From positions 1 to 37,654 of IMG/VR virus record IMGVR_UViG_3300020043_002590: a DNA stretch of 37,654 bases. One strand, 5' to 3'. The position numbers and the translations under genes are program-made. Position 1 is the first letter of the stretch. The number at the start of each line of letters is the position of its first letter. Source of the stretch: a virus. Lineage: Duplodnaviria > Caudoviricetes. This document shows positions 8,120 through 17,926 of this stretch, one piece after another. The notes beneath the pieces were generated by a model. It saw nothing but the letters and a program-made list of their open reading frames with translations. It did no database searches and was not told where the DNA came from.

Positions 8120-10156
8120 ATGGCCCGACCATCTAAAGAGCAACGACTTGCTGCCATCCACCAGGAGGCACTCGCCGAGTTCGACAGTATCCAATCCTCC
8201 ATGCGCGATGAGCGGCTTCAGTGCCTCCAAGACCGCCGCTTCTACTCAATCGCAGGTGCTCAGTGGGAAGGTCCACTGGGAGAGCAGTTCGAGAACAAGC
8301 CCAAGTTCGAGGTCAACAAGATCCACTTGTCGGTCATCCGCATCATCAACGAGTACCGCAACAATCGGGTCACAGTCGACTTTGTGAGCAAGGAAGGCAA
8401 GGAGTACGACAAACTGGCTGACACATGTGACGGGCTGTACCGTGCTGACGAGCAGGACAGCGGTGCTGAAGAAGCCTACGACAACGCCTTTGAGGAAGCG
8501 GTCGGAGGTGGCTTTGGCGCATGGCGTCTGCGCACTGTGTACGAGAATGAAGAGGACGAAGAAGACGAGAAGCAACGGATCCGCATTGAGCCGATCTTCG
8601 ATGCTGACTCGTCTGTGTTCTTCGACCTGAACGCCAAGCGCCAAGACAAGGCCGACAGCAAGAAGTGCTTCGTCATTACGTCCATGACTCGTCAAGCGTA
8701 CAAGGATGAATGGGGCGATGATCCTGCCTCATGGCCGAAGGAAGTCCACCAGTACGAGTTCGATTGGTTGACGCCTGACGTTGTCTTTGTGGCTGAGTAC
8801 TATCGAGTCGAAGAGAAGCGCGAGACCGTCTATATCTGGGAGACATTGAATGGCGACGAGGAGCGCTACAAGGACGCAGACTTTGAGGCTGATGAGACCT
8901 TGGAAGAACGCCTGATGGCAGTTGGCAGCCGTGAGGTACGCCAGAAGAACATCAAGCGTCGCCGTGTCCGCAAGTATATCCTGTCAGGCGCCAAGATCCT
9001 TGAGGACTGCGGTTACGTTGCCGGCAAGTGCATTCCCATCGTGCCTGTCTACGGCAAGCGCTGGTTTGTTGACAACGTTGAACGCTGCATGGGCCATGTC
9101 CGCTTGGCCAAGGATGCTCAGCGCTTGAAGAACATGCAGCTGTCAAAGCTCGGTGAAATCAGCGCCCTGTCCTCGGTTGAGAAACCGATCCTGACGCCTG
9201 AGCAAGTTGCTGGCCACCAGATGATGTGGGCCGATGACAACATCAAGAACTACCCCTACCTGTTGGTCAATCCAATCACCGACGCCAATGGCAACCAGGC
9301 CATCTCTGGCCCAATCGGTTATACCAAGCCACCTCAGATCCCTCAGGCCTTGGCTGCTCTGTTGCAGATTACTGAGCAGGACATGCAAGACCTTCTTGGC
9401 AACCAGCAGGCAGGCGAAGAGCTTCAGGCCAACGTCTCAGGCAAAGCGGTTGAGCTGATTCAGAACAAGCTCGACATGCAGACCTTCATTTACATGAGCA
9501 ACATGAGCAAGGGCATTAAACGCTCGGGCGAAATCTGGTTGAGCATGGCCAAGGATGTACTGGTTGAAGAAGGCCGCAAGATGAAGTCAATTGGCCCACA
9601 AGGCGAGATGCAGTCAGTTGAATTGGCCAAGCCTATGGTCAATGACAAGGGCGAGATTGAGACTGAGAACGACCTGTCCACTGCTGAGTTCGACGTCAAT
9701 GTGGATGTTGGTCCTTCGTCTGCAAGCAAGCGAGCAGCCATGGTCCGAGCCCTGACTGGCATGGCTTCATTGACTGAAGACGCTGAGACCAAGCAGGTCC
9801 TTGGCGCAATGGCCATGATGAATATGGAAGGCGAAGGCATCACTGAGGTGCGCGGCTACTTCCGCAAGAAGCTGCTCCGCATGGGAGTCGTCAAGCCCAC
9901 AGAGGAAGAACAGCAGACCATGGCTGAAGAGCAGGCCAACCAGAAGCCTGACCCGAATACCCAGTACCTGCAGGCGGCGGCTGAAGCTGAACAAGCTCGG
10001 GCCGTCAAAGCTCGGGCCGACACTGTACTCACTGTTGCCAAAGCTGATGAGGTTCAAGCAAACACTGCAAAGATTCTCTCTGAAATAGACAATGCGGACA
10101 CATCGCTTGCACTGAAGGCGGCTGAATTGGTAACCACTGTTCGAAAGGGGGCGTAA
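8120..10156 (+). CDS. P22-like portal protein
   Basis: 678 aa after TerL; RFYSIAGAQW, KFEVNK, GGFGAWR, IPIVPVYG, AKDAQRLKN; C-terminal helical barrel. Confidence 0.92.
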   Translation: MARPSKEQRLAAIHQEALAEFDSIQSSMRDERLQCLQDRRFYSIAGAQWEGPLGEQFENKPKFEVNKIHLSVIRIINEYRNNRVTVDFVSKEGKEYDKLADTCDGLYRADEQDSGAEEAYDNAFEEAVGGGFGAWRLRTVYENEEDEEDEKQRIRIEPIFDADSSVFFDLNAKRQDKADSKKCFVITSMTRQAYKDEWGDDPASWPKEVHQYEFDWLTPDVVFVAEYYRVEEKRETVYIWETLNGDEERYKDADFEADETLEERLMAVGSREVRQKNIKRRRVRKYILSGAKILEDCGYVAGKCIPIVPVYGKRWFVDNVERCMGHVRLAKDAQRLKNMQLSKLGEISALSSVEKPILTPEQVAGHQMMWADDNIKNYPYLLVNPITDANGNQAISGPIGYTKPPQIPQALAALLQITEQDMQDLLGNQQAGEELQANVSGKAVELIQNKLDMQTFIYMSNMSKGIKRSGEIWLSMAKDVLVEEGRKMKSIGPQGEMQSVELAKPMVNDKGEIETENDLSTAEFDVNVDVGPSSASKRAAMVRALTGMASLTEDAETKQVLGAMAMMNMEGEGITEVRGYFRKKLLRMGVVKPTEEEQQTMAEEQANQKPDPNTQYLQAAAEAEQARAVKARADTVLTVAKADEVQANTAKILSEIDNADTSLALKAAELVTTVRKGA

Positions 10157-10157
10157 T

Positions 10158-10850
10158 ATGGGCGGCATTTCAGGCAAAGATCTTGCTTACAGGGCTTTGG
10201 CTTCTGCCATTGGAGGTCCGGTCGACTTAGCAACTATGGCCATGAGGCCATTTGGTTACAAGGTCGAAAACCCGGTTCTTGGGTCTGAGTGGATTGGACA
10301 GAAGATGCAGGATACGGGGCTGACCTCCGAAGTTCGTGATCCGCTCAAGGAGTTTGCAGCATCTGTCATGGTACCAAGTCCGGGAGGTCTAGCCACTGGG
10401 TTTGGCAAAGGTGCTGCACTGTTACCAGCTATTGCCGGTATGACTAAAACAGGGAGGGTTGCCGATGCCCTCAGTCAAGTTTCTCCACTTGACCGAATGA
10501 TGAAGGCATCGAAAGGTGGACTAATAGATGTCAAAAACGTATTTGCCAAAGGCCATGTTGATATACCAGAGGCAAGTTTTATGCGCGGATCGAAACCACG
10601 CGACGAGATTGTGAAAGTTCAATCAATTGCGCCGACACAATCTGAAGTTAAAGCAGAAGGGCTATTGGAGAAGCTAATGGAACAAGCCGAAGGCGCATCT
10701 ACACGAGATGCCAATACTGGGGTACTTCCTGAAGTCATTAAATACGGCGATGAGTATCTGCTATTGGACGGCCACCATAGGGTCGCCGCTCAAATAGCAC
10801 AGGGGGCAACCACAACGCCTGTCCACGTCATTGGTGAAATATCTAAATAA
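10158..10850 (+). CDS. protein with C-terminal ParB/sulfiredoxin-like domain
   Basis: IAPTQ...PEVIKYGDEYLLLDGHHRVAA...PVHVI. Confidence 0.7.
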   Translation: MGGISGKDLAYRALASAIGGPVDLATMAMRPFGYKVENPVLGSEWIGQKMQDTGLTSEVRDPLKEFAASVMVPSPGGLATGFGKGAALLPAIAGMTKTGRVADALSQVSPLDRMMKASKGGLIDVKNVFAKGHVDIPEASFMRGSKPRDEIVKVQSIAPTQSEVKAEGLLEKLMEQAEGASTRDANTGVLPEVIKYGDEYLLLDGHHRVAAQIAQGATTTPVHVIGEISK

Positions 10851-10910
10851 TAGCCACAAGGGCCGAAACTGTATCACAGAACGGCATTCCACTGTAAGAT
10901 CCTTGCTTAT

Positions 10911-10940
10911 GCGGTTCCCACCCAGCCGCTTTAATGGGTG
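10911..10940 (+). promoter_or_regulatory. candidate H-type RNA pseudoknot upstream of the scaffold gene
   Basis: S1 GCGGUU/AGCCGC; loop CACCC pairs with downstream GGGUG. Confidence 0.55.
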
Positions 10941-10961
10941 AGTTTTGAATGGGGTCATGAA

Positions 10962-11858
10962 ATGAGTAAAAAGGCAGACGGTCAAGCAACGACAGATGAT
11001 GAAGTGGTAACCTTGGAAGACGAAACCACTGTTGTGGACGGCGAGGGCGAAGACGGTAACACCGACGAAACCCAGTCAGATGACAACGAAGGTGAAGGCA
11101 CCCAGGAAACTGCCACCGAGTCCGATGATGTTGTGGTAACCATTGGTGAGGAAACGCCGCCCACCGAGGAAGAGGCTCATGCGCCTGAATGGGTTCGTGA
11201 ACTGCGCAAGACCAACCGCGAGGACAAGCGTCGCATCCGTGAACTGGAAGACAAGCTTAACACCACCAAGGCAGCTGAGACCAAGCCGGCAGCCCTGGGT
11301 AAGAAGCCCACTCTCGAAGACCACGACTACGACACTGAGAAGTTCGAGCAAGCACTGACAGCTTGGTACGACCGGAAACGTGATGCCGATCAAGCTGCAA
11401 CCCAGGCCGAAGCCGCTCAGAAAGAGCAGCAGAAAGCTTGGCAGGCCAAACTGGACTCCTATGGCAAAGCGAAAGCTGAGCTGAAGGTGAAGGACTTTGA
11501 TGATGCCGAGGCAGTAGCCCAGGACGTCTTCAACGTCACCCAGCAAGGCATCGTGCTGCAAGGAGCTGAGAACCCCGCACTGGTCATCTATGCGCTGGGT
11601 AAGAACCCGAAGAAGGCGAAGGAAATCTCGACCATCACCGACCCCGTGAAATTTGCTTTCGCGGTGGCTAAACTGGAGACTCAATTGAAAGTTACGCAAC
11701 GCAAAGCAGCCACAGCACCGGAACGCACTGTCCAGGGAACTGGCAACAAGTCTGGGACTGTGGACTCAACCCTCGAGCGGCTGCGCACTGAGGCGGCAAA
11801 GTCTGGTGACTTCACCAAAGTCATCCAGTACAAGAAGTCGAAGCAAGCAGCCAAGTAA
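10962..11858 (+). CDS. scaffolding protein
   Basis: Acidic N-terminus, coiled coil and basic C-terminal helix; directly before the coat gene; start at MSKKADG. Confidence 0.85.
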   Translation: MSKKADGQATTDDEVVTLEDETTVVDGEGEDGNTDETQSDDNEGEGTQETATESDDVVVTIGEETPPTEEEAHAPEWVRELRKTNREDKRRIRELEDKLNTTKAAETKPAALGKKPTLEDHDYDTEKFEQALTAWYDRKRDADQAATQAEAAQKEQQKAWQAKLDSYGKAKAELKVKDFDDAEAVAQDVFNVTQQGIVLQGAENPALVIYALGKNPKKAKEISTITDPVKFAFAVAKLETQLKVTQRKAATAPERTVQGTGNKSGTVDSTLERLRTEAAKSGDFTKVIQYKKSKQAAK

Positions 11859-11882
11859 ACCACATTGAAATAGGAGCCAATC

Positions 11883-13160
11883 ATGGCAAATGCATTTTCC
11901 AAAGAAGAACGCGTCGCGTTCGAAGACATCCTCGAAGGCTTCAATGATGCCTTGGTCCTGAGCCGCAATGTGGCAACGTACGCCACTGACTCGACAATGA
12001 TGGAGCGCACCAACGACATCATCTGGCGTCCTCAGCCGTACATCGCCACCTCCATCGACGGTGCGCCTGGTACGGACATCTCTGCTCTGTACAAGAACAT
12101 GACTCAGCTGTCTGTGCCGGCCACCATCGGCTTCAGCAAGACTGTGCCATGGACTCTGAATGCCAAGGAGCTGCGTGACGCACTGCAAGAGAACCGTCTG
12201 GGCGACAGTGCCAAGCAGAAGCTGGCCAGCGACATCAACGTGGCACTCATGAACGTGGCATCTGCGCAAGGTACCCTGTTCGTGAAGCGCTCGGCTGCTG
12301 CATCTGGTTTTGATGACGTCGCCCAGTGCGAAGCCATCATGAACGAGCAAGGCGTGCCTTCGTATGACCGCTACCTGGCCCTCAGCACACGTGACTACAA
12401 CGGCATGGCAAGCAACTTGGCTGGTCGTCAGAACGTGACTGACATGCCCAAGGAAGCCTACCGCCGCGCCTATGTGGGCATGATCGCATCCTTCGACACA
12501 TACAAGCTCGACTACGCAAACCGCGTGGCTGCTGCAGGTGGTGGCGCTGGTCTGACGATCGATACACGTGATGCTGCCGTCAACTACTACACGCCTCAAG
12601 CTACCAGCACCTCTGTTGGTGGCAAGATCAACGTGGACAACCGCTACCAGATAGTGACTGTGTCTAGTTCTGCCGGCGTGGTTGCAGGTGATGCCTTCAC
12701 GATCGCTGCTGTGAATGCTGTGCATCACATCACCAAGGGCGATACTGGTCAACTGAAGACCTTCCGCGTCATCAGCGTACCTGCTGGCGGCACGACCTTG
12801 GTCATCAGCCCTCCGATCATCAGCAACCAGGTGGCTGCGGATGCGTCGGCCCAGTACCAGAACTGCGTGGTGAACACTAAGGCTGCAGCTTCGGCCATCG
12901 TCTTCCTGAACACTGTGGCAGCTTACGCCAACCCATTCTGGCAGAAGGATGCTCTGGAAATTCTGCCTGGCCGCTACGCAGTCCCGACCGATGCTGGTAC
13001 CGCAGTGATGCGTGCCTCCACCGATCAGGGCATTGAACTGGTCATGCAGAAGTTCTACGACATCGACACGATGAAGACCAAGTACCGCTTGGACACGCTC
13101 TTCGGCGTGGTCTGCAAGCAGCCTGAAATGGCCGGCTTGATGATGTTCAGCCAAACCTAA
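11883..13160 (+). CDS. major capsid protein (P22 gp5-like)
   Basis: 425 aa; MANAFSKEE, IWRPQPY, AKQKLASDIN, RLDTLFGV...PEMAG; AGGAG SD. Confidence 0.93.
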   Translation: MANAFSKEERVAFEDILEGFNDALVLSRNVATYATDSTMMERTNDIIWRPQPYIATSIDGAPGTDISALYKNMTQLSVPATIGFSKTVPWTLNAKELRDALQENRLGDSAKQKLASDINVALMNVASAQGTLFVKRSAAASGFDDVAQCEAIMNEQGVPSYDRYLALSTRDYNGMASNLAGRQNVTDMPKEAYRRAYVGMIASFDTYKLDYANRVAAAGGGAGLTIDTRDAAVNYYTPQATSTSVGGKINVDNRYQIVTVSSSAGVVAGDAFTIAAVNAVHHITKGDTGQLKTFRVISVPAGGTTLVISPPIISNQVAADASAQYQNCVVNTKAAASAIVFLNTVAAYANPFWQKDALEILPGRYAVPTDAGTAVMRASTDQGIELVMQKFYDIDTMKTKYRLDTLFGVVCKQPEMAGLMMFSQT

Positions 13161-13170
13161 GCTGATTGAG

Positions 13171-13195
13171 GGAAGGGGCTTCGGCCCCTTTCTTC
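13171..13195 (+). terminator. intrinsic terminator after the coat gene
   Basis: AAGGGGC-TTCG-GCCCCTT then TCTT. Confidence 0.85.
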
Positions 13196-13225
13196 AACTT
13201 GATCAATCCACCTGAGGACACCAAA

Positions 13226-13555
13226 ATGACTAAAGAAGTTCAAGCTGCTGACGACCAGTTCCCCACGCTCGTCTACAAGGGCAAAGGCCCGCATTCCCGC
13301 GCTGGTGGCACGTATGACTACGCTGCTGCCGATGACCAAGAAGCACTCGACGCCAAGCTGGCCGATGGTTGGTTCACCACGTTGCCTGAAGCCATCAATG
13401 CTAATGACAAGCCTGCCGCCGTGAAGTCTGATGACGCACCGGCAACTCGTGCTGAGCTCGAGACCAAGGCCAAAGAGCTGGGTATCCAGTTCGGCAAGAA
13501 GACGACTGACGCTGAACTCAGCGCCTCAATCACTAAAGCACTCGCCAAGGAGTAA
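13226..13555 (+). CDS. hypothetical virion-module protein with small C-terminal helical (HeH-like) domain
   Basis: GAGG SD; LADGWFTTLPEA; TRAELETKAKELGIQF. Confidence 0.7.
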   Translation: MTKEVQAADDQFPTLVYKGKGPHSRAGGTYDYAAADDQEALDAKLADGWFTTLPEAINANDKPAAVKSDDAPATRAELETKAKELGIQFGKKTTDAELSASITKALAKE

Positions 13556-13557
13556 TC

Positions 13558-14040
13558 ATGGGCTGGACTAAGCGCCAATTCGTCACACAGGCCTTCGAAG
13601 AAGTCGGGTTGGCGGCTTACGTCTTCGACCTGACTCCTGAGCAGCTGCAAAGTGCTTTGAACCGGCTGGACTCCATGATGGCTGCGTGGAACGCCAAAGG
13701 GATCCGACTCGGTTACCCCATCTCGTCAAGCCCACAGAATGCTGACCTCGATGAGCAGACGGGCGTTCCTGACTCGGCCAATGAGGCTGTCTACCTAAAC
13801 CTCGGCATTCGTCTTGCTCCTGGCTTTGGCAAGACCGTGGCGATGGAGACCAAGGCGTCTGCTAAGATGGCCTACGACACTTTGCTGTCGCGTGCTGCCA
13901 TGCCACCTGAGCAGCAGCTCCCAGGCACAATGCCTTCAGGTGCTGGCAACAAGCCGTGGCGTGTCTACGACAACCCATTCCTTCATCGGCCAGTCGATCC
14001 ACTGCTTGCAGGCGAAGACGGCCCGATCGAGTTCAACTAG
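13558..14040 (+). CDS. head-tail adaptor (P22 gp4-like)
   Basis: LNRLDSMMAAW..KGIRLGY, NLGIRLAP, MPSGAGNK; expected size and position. Confidence 0.85.
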   Translation: MGWTKRQFVTQAFEEVGLAAYVFDLTPEQLQSALNRLDSMMAAWNAKGIRLGYPISSSPQNADLDEQTGVPDSANEAVYLNLGIRLAPGFGKTVAMETKASAKMAYDTLLSRAAMPPEQQLPGTMPSGAGNKPWRVYDNPFLHRPVDPLLAGEDGPIEFN

Positions 14041-14051
14041 GAGAACCAAAC

Positions 14052-14507
14052 ATGCCACAAATCAATCAGCTCTCGTCCACGGACGAGGTTCAACCTGGCG
14101 ACCAGGTACCTATTTATTCGTCGTCGAACGGTGATGCACGTAAGGCCTCACTCTCACTGCTGAAAACCTTCTTCCAAGAGGGCATCACTGCAGCTGACGA
14201 CAAGATCACCCAGTACGCAGCTCCAAGTGCCACTGCGTTCAGCATCCAGGTCAACAACGATGCTGACAGTGTCTGGCTGGTGCTCACACCGACTGCCGGC
14301 TTTGCAGCAGGCACGCTGGTGCTTCCTGCCGTAGCAAACTGTGTTGACCGCCAAGAGATCCTCGTCAACTGCACCCAGGCTGTGACCACGCTAACGGTGT
14401 CTGGAAACGGTGCCACGGTGACCGGAGCCCCAACTGCTTTGACTGCCAATGGATTCTTCCGTCTGCGCTTCGATGCCATCACTGACACTTGGTACCGCGT
14501 CGGCTAA
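14052..14507 (+). CDS. putative virion protein
   Basis: Start MPQINQL with AGGAG SD; beta-rich, ends FRLRFDAITDTWYRVG. Confidence 0.7.
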   Translation: MPQINQLSSTDEVQPGDQVPIYSSSNGDARKASLSLLKTFFQEGITAADDKITQYAAPSATAFSIQVNNDADSVWLVLTPTAGFAAGTLVLPAVANCVDRQEILVNCTQAVTTLTVSGNGATVTGAPTALTANGFFRLRFDAITDTWYRVG

Positions 14508-14516
14508 GGAGACAAC

Positions 14517-15920
14517 ATGCAAATCCCGATCCTCAGCGGTGTCTACACTGACGGAAGCCCAGACTTCCGGACGTCGTACCCAGTCAACATGGTACCAGTG
14601 CCTAAGGAGCAAGGAATCTCCAATGGGTACCTGCGCCCAGCCGATGGCATTGTTCAGTTTGGCACTGGTCCTGGTGTCGATCGTGGTGGCATCAATTGGA
14701 ATGGCAAATGTTACAGAGTGATGGGCGGCAACCTTGTGCGCATTGATGAAGATGGTTCAGTAATTGTGCTTGGCGGTGTTGGCTCAGACAATCTACCAGT
14801 CACATTTGACTACTCATTTGATCGGTTGGCCATCTCATCAGCTGGCAGTTTGTTTTACTACAACGGCTCCACCATAACTCGTGTTGGTGACGCTGACCTT
14901 GGAACTGTCGTTGACTTTGTGTGGATCGATGGCTACTTTATGACAACCGACGGTAAGTACTTGGTAGTCACTGAGCTTAATGATCCATTTACTGTCAATC
15001 CACTAAAATACGGAAGCTCAGAAGCAGACCCAGATCCTATTGTTGCGCTTCTCAAGCTGCGCAACGAGGTCTACGCCCTAAACCGTAATACCATCGAGGT
15101 CTTTGACAACATTGGCGGTGACTTCTTTCCATTCCAACGAATTGAAGGTGCACAGATACAAAAAGGCGTTGTTAGTTCACATGCTTGCTGCGTCTTTGTT
15201 GAGGCTGTGGCTTTTGTTGGAAGCGGCAGAAACGAATCACCATCAATATATTTGGGCGCCAACGCCAACGCCATTAAAGTGGCGACAATGGAGATCGACC
15301 AGATCTTGGCTCAATACACTGAGATTGAATTGTCCCAGTGCATCGTTGAAGCCCGCAATGACAAAAGCCACCAGCACCTGTACGTCCATTTACCTGACAG
15401 AACTATGGTTTATGACGCGGCAGCTTCACAACAACTTCAAGAGCCTGTCTGGTTCCACCTTACGTCAAGTTTGGCAGGCTTTAGCAAATATCGCGCGCGC
15501 AACTTTGTCTGGTGTTATAACAGGTGGCTATGCGGTGACCCGACAACAGTCGTGCATGGCTATCTTGTTGAGAATATCTCGTCCCACTACGGAGATGGCG
15601 TGTACTGGGAGTTTGGCACAATGATTGTGTACAACGAGGGTCGTGGCGCTATTTTTCACGAACTCGAGCTTGTTGCCTTGACTGGCCGTGTTGAGTTTGG
15701 TAAGGATCCAACAATCAGCACTTCGTACTCTATCGATGGCGAGAACTGGAGTCAACTACGTACTATCAAGGCCGGCAAGCAAGGTGATCGTACAAAGCGT
15801 CTGTCTTGGCTCCAACAAGGAAGCATGCGCAACTGGCGTATCCAACGCTTTAATGGAGACAGTCAGGCCCACCTATCATTCGCGCGCCTTGAGGCACGTG
15901 TTGAACCTTTGGCATATTGA
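14517..15920 (+). CDS. tail hub / packaged-DNA stabilisation protein (P22 gp10-like)
   Basis: 467 aa; PVNMVP, GYLRPADG, SEADPDPIV; position in tail block. Confidence 0.88.
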   Translation: MQIPILSGVYTDGSPDFRTSYPVNMVPVPKEQGISNGYLRPADGIVQFGTGPGVDRGGINWNGKCYRVMGGNLVRIDEDGSVIVLGGVGSDNLPVTFDYSFDRLAISSAGSLFYYNGSTITRVGDADLGTVVDFVWIDGYFMTTDGKYLVVTELNDPFTVNPLKYGSSEADPDPIVALLKLRNEVYALNRNTIEVFDNIGGDFFPFQRIEGAQIQKGVVSSHACCVFVEAVAFVGSGRNESPSIYLGANANAIKVATMEIDQILAQYTEIELSQCIVEARNDKSHQHLYVHLPDRTMVYDAAASQQLQEPVWFHLTSSLAGFSKYRARNFVWCYNRWLCGDPTTVVHGYLVENISSHYGDGVYWEFGTMIVYNEGRGAIFHELELVALTGRVEFGKDPTISTSYSIDGENWSQLRTIKAGKQGDRTKRLSWLQQGSMRNWRIQRFNGDSQAHLSFARLEARVEPLAY

Positions 15921-15922
15921 CC

Positions 15923-17548
15923 ATGGCAGATCCAAAACCACTATCGCGAGACCAACTCGCCAAGTTCCTGCCAGACGCGGAGTCCATCAAGCGCTTCGAG
16001 CGTCTATTTGCAGTTGCTGGAGACCTGACTCCAACTGATGTGGCCACTTTGTACAGGCTGACGCAAGAAGCATCCATCGATGCCAACAGTGCCGACTCGA
16101 AGGCTCAGATGGCCGTCGACGCGCTCGCGCAGATAATTCAGGACGCCGCCATCAATTCTGGTTCGGCAGACTCAAAGGCCACACAGGCCCTTGATGCTTT
16201 GTCAAGCATTGCTAAATCCCTTGAACTTTTGGCCCTATCTCCAGCCAAGCGCGAAGACACGTTCTTGAAAGGCGACTACATTGACATCAATACAACTGCG
16301 CCTGCCCCAGTGGGCGCAGTCGGTAGGCTCAAGTGGAATGACACTGACGGCACGCTTGACCTAGGCCTGAAAGGTGGTAATGTCACGCTTCAACTTGGTC
16401 AAGAGAATGTGTTGCGCGTCAAGAATGATGAGGCCACAACTCTCAATGACGGTGAGGTCGTGTATATTACCGGGGCAAGTGGCGCCAATCTGCTGGTCAA
16501 AAGAGCGCTTGCTAATTCAGACGTCACATCAGCCTCTACCATCGGCGTGGTGACTGAACCCATTTTTTCCAATGGCCAAGGTTTCATCACAACCTTTGGC
16601 CAAGTGCGCGGACTTAACACGGCGGCATTCAACGAAGGTGACGTTCTGTACCTTTCTCCAACCGTGGCTGGCGCCATCACCGCGACAAAACCGACTGCGC
16701 CAGACCACATGGTTCTTGTTGGGTACTGCACTAAGAAATCTGCCGGCAATGGTGAGATCTTCATCAAAGTTGATAACGGTTACGAGATAGACGAACTCCA
16801 CAACATCCAAATCACAACCCCAGTCTTGGCAGGAAGTCTATTGATCTATGATGTTACTGTCGGAGTTTGGAAAAACGCGCGGCTTACTGCTGGCACAAAC
16901 GTCACCATCGCAAATGCTGACGGCTCAATAACCATTGCCGTCGCCGGTGCTGCCCCAACTGGAACTGCTGGAGGCGTGCTCAGTGGCACGTATCCAAACC
17001 CAGGTTTTGCCGCTGATATGGCAACACAGGCAGAACTTGACGCTCACACAGACGGGACCGCTGTTCATGGGGCGACAGGTGCAGTTGTTGGCACCACAAA
17101 TGCTCAGACGTTGTCAAACAAAACATTGGCCGCGCCTGTTGTGACTGGTACAACTGACCTACAAGGTGGTCAAATTAAGTTCCCTGCTACACAGGTGCCA
17201 AGCGCCAACCCAAACACCCTCGATGATTATGAGGAGGGCACATGGACACCAGGATTTGCAGATTGGGTAACTGCGCCGACTGTAGTTTTTGCCAACTACA
17301 CAAAAATTGGCAGGGCTGTGACAATAGATCTTTATGGAATTGGTGGCGTGACTAATTACAGTTCTATCACAGGTCTTCCATTTGCTTCTGGGAGCTCAGT
17401 GGCATCAGGGGTGGCAGTATCAGCTAGTGCGTATGCACCTATGTTTTATTGCTCAGTCATAAATGGATCATCGGCACTAAATGGAATTCAGCAAGTTGCT
17501 GCAATGGTAGGAAACTACTGGCAGCTTTCACTCACATACACAGTTTAA
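15923..17548 (+). CDS. gp26-like needle position protein extended into a tail fibre
   Basis: N-terminal Ala-rich coiled coil, Gly/Thr-rich fibre domains, NTLDDYEEGTWTP fibre motif. Confidence 0.7.
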   Translation: MADPKPLSRDQLAKFLPDAESIKRFERLFAVAGDLTPTDVATLYRLTQEASIDANSADSKAQMAVDALAQIIQDAAINSGSADSKATQALDALSSIAKSLELLALSPAKREDTFLKGDYIDINTTAPAPVGAVGRLKWNDTDGTLDLGLKGGNVTLQLGQENVLRVKNDEATTLNDGEVVYITGASGANLLVKRALANSDVTSASTIGVVTEPIFSNGQGFITTFGQVRGLNTAAFNEGDVLYLSPTVAGAITATKPTAPDHMVLVGYCTKKSAGNGEIFIKVDNGYEIDELHNIQITTPVLAGSLLIYDVTVGVWKNARLTAGTNVTIANADGSITIAVAGAAPTGTAGGVLSGTYPNPGFAADMATQAELDAHTDGTAVHGATGAVVGTTNAQTLSNKTLAAPVVTGTTDLQGGQIKFPATQVPSANPNTLDDYEEGTWTPGFADWVTAPTVVFANYTKIGRAVTIDLYGIGGVTNYSSITGLPFASGSSVASGVAVSASAYAPMFYCSVINGSSALNGIQQVAAMVGNYWQLSLTYTV

Positions 17549-17557
17549 GGAACTACC

Positions 17558-17893
17558 ATGACAATAGTTGTAAAGACCATCGTCCCTCGCAAACAAGCTG
17601 AAGCCACCCAAACTGGCCAGTACACAGCTGAGAATTGCAAAACCATCATCGACAAGTTCACAGTCACAAATACCAGCGCTGTGAACGTACCATTCAGCGT
17701 CAATCTTGTGGCGGCATCTGGTACTGCGGTCGATGCCAATCTTGTGTTGAAGGCGCGGTCAATCGCCCCTGGCGAAACCTATACCTGCCCTGAACTTGTG
17801 GGACAGACGCTTGAGTCTGGTGGTTTCATCTCCACATTAGCAGGAACGGCCGCGTCATTGACTATCAGTGCCTCTGGCCGTGAAATAACCTGA
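17558..17893 (+). CDS. putative virion protein
   Basis: 111 aa, beta-rich, AAGGA SD, within tail block. Confidence 0.7.
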   Translation: MTIVVKTIVPRKQAEATQTGQYTAENCKTIIDKFTVTNTSAVNVPFSVNLVAASGTAVDANLVLKARSIAPGETYTCPELVGQTLESGGFISTLAGTAASLTISASGREIT

Positions 17894-17896
17894 TGG

Positions 17897-17926
17897 TTTA
17901 CAAGGTGGCCAGACGCGTGTTAGTAT
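17897..17926 (+). promoter_or_regulatory. internal promoter embedded in an inverted repeat
   Basis: TTTACA-18 nt-TAGTAT with TGn extended -10; AGGTGGCCAGA/TCTGGCCACCT 11-bp arms flank the -10. Confidence 0.55.

Noticed and set aside
10911-10945. preQ1-I riboswitch (GGUUC...CCC stem)
   Set aside because: Lacks the A-rich 3' tail, and no queuosine genes are present; a simple pseudoknot fits better.
11766-13154. 462-aa antisense ORF over the coat gene, and many other long antisense/shadow ORFs (e.g. 36379-37335, 28284-29072)
   Set aside because: No motifs or RBS; expected by-product of codon bias on the opposite strand of real genes.
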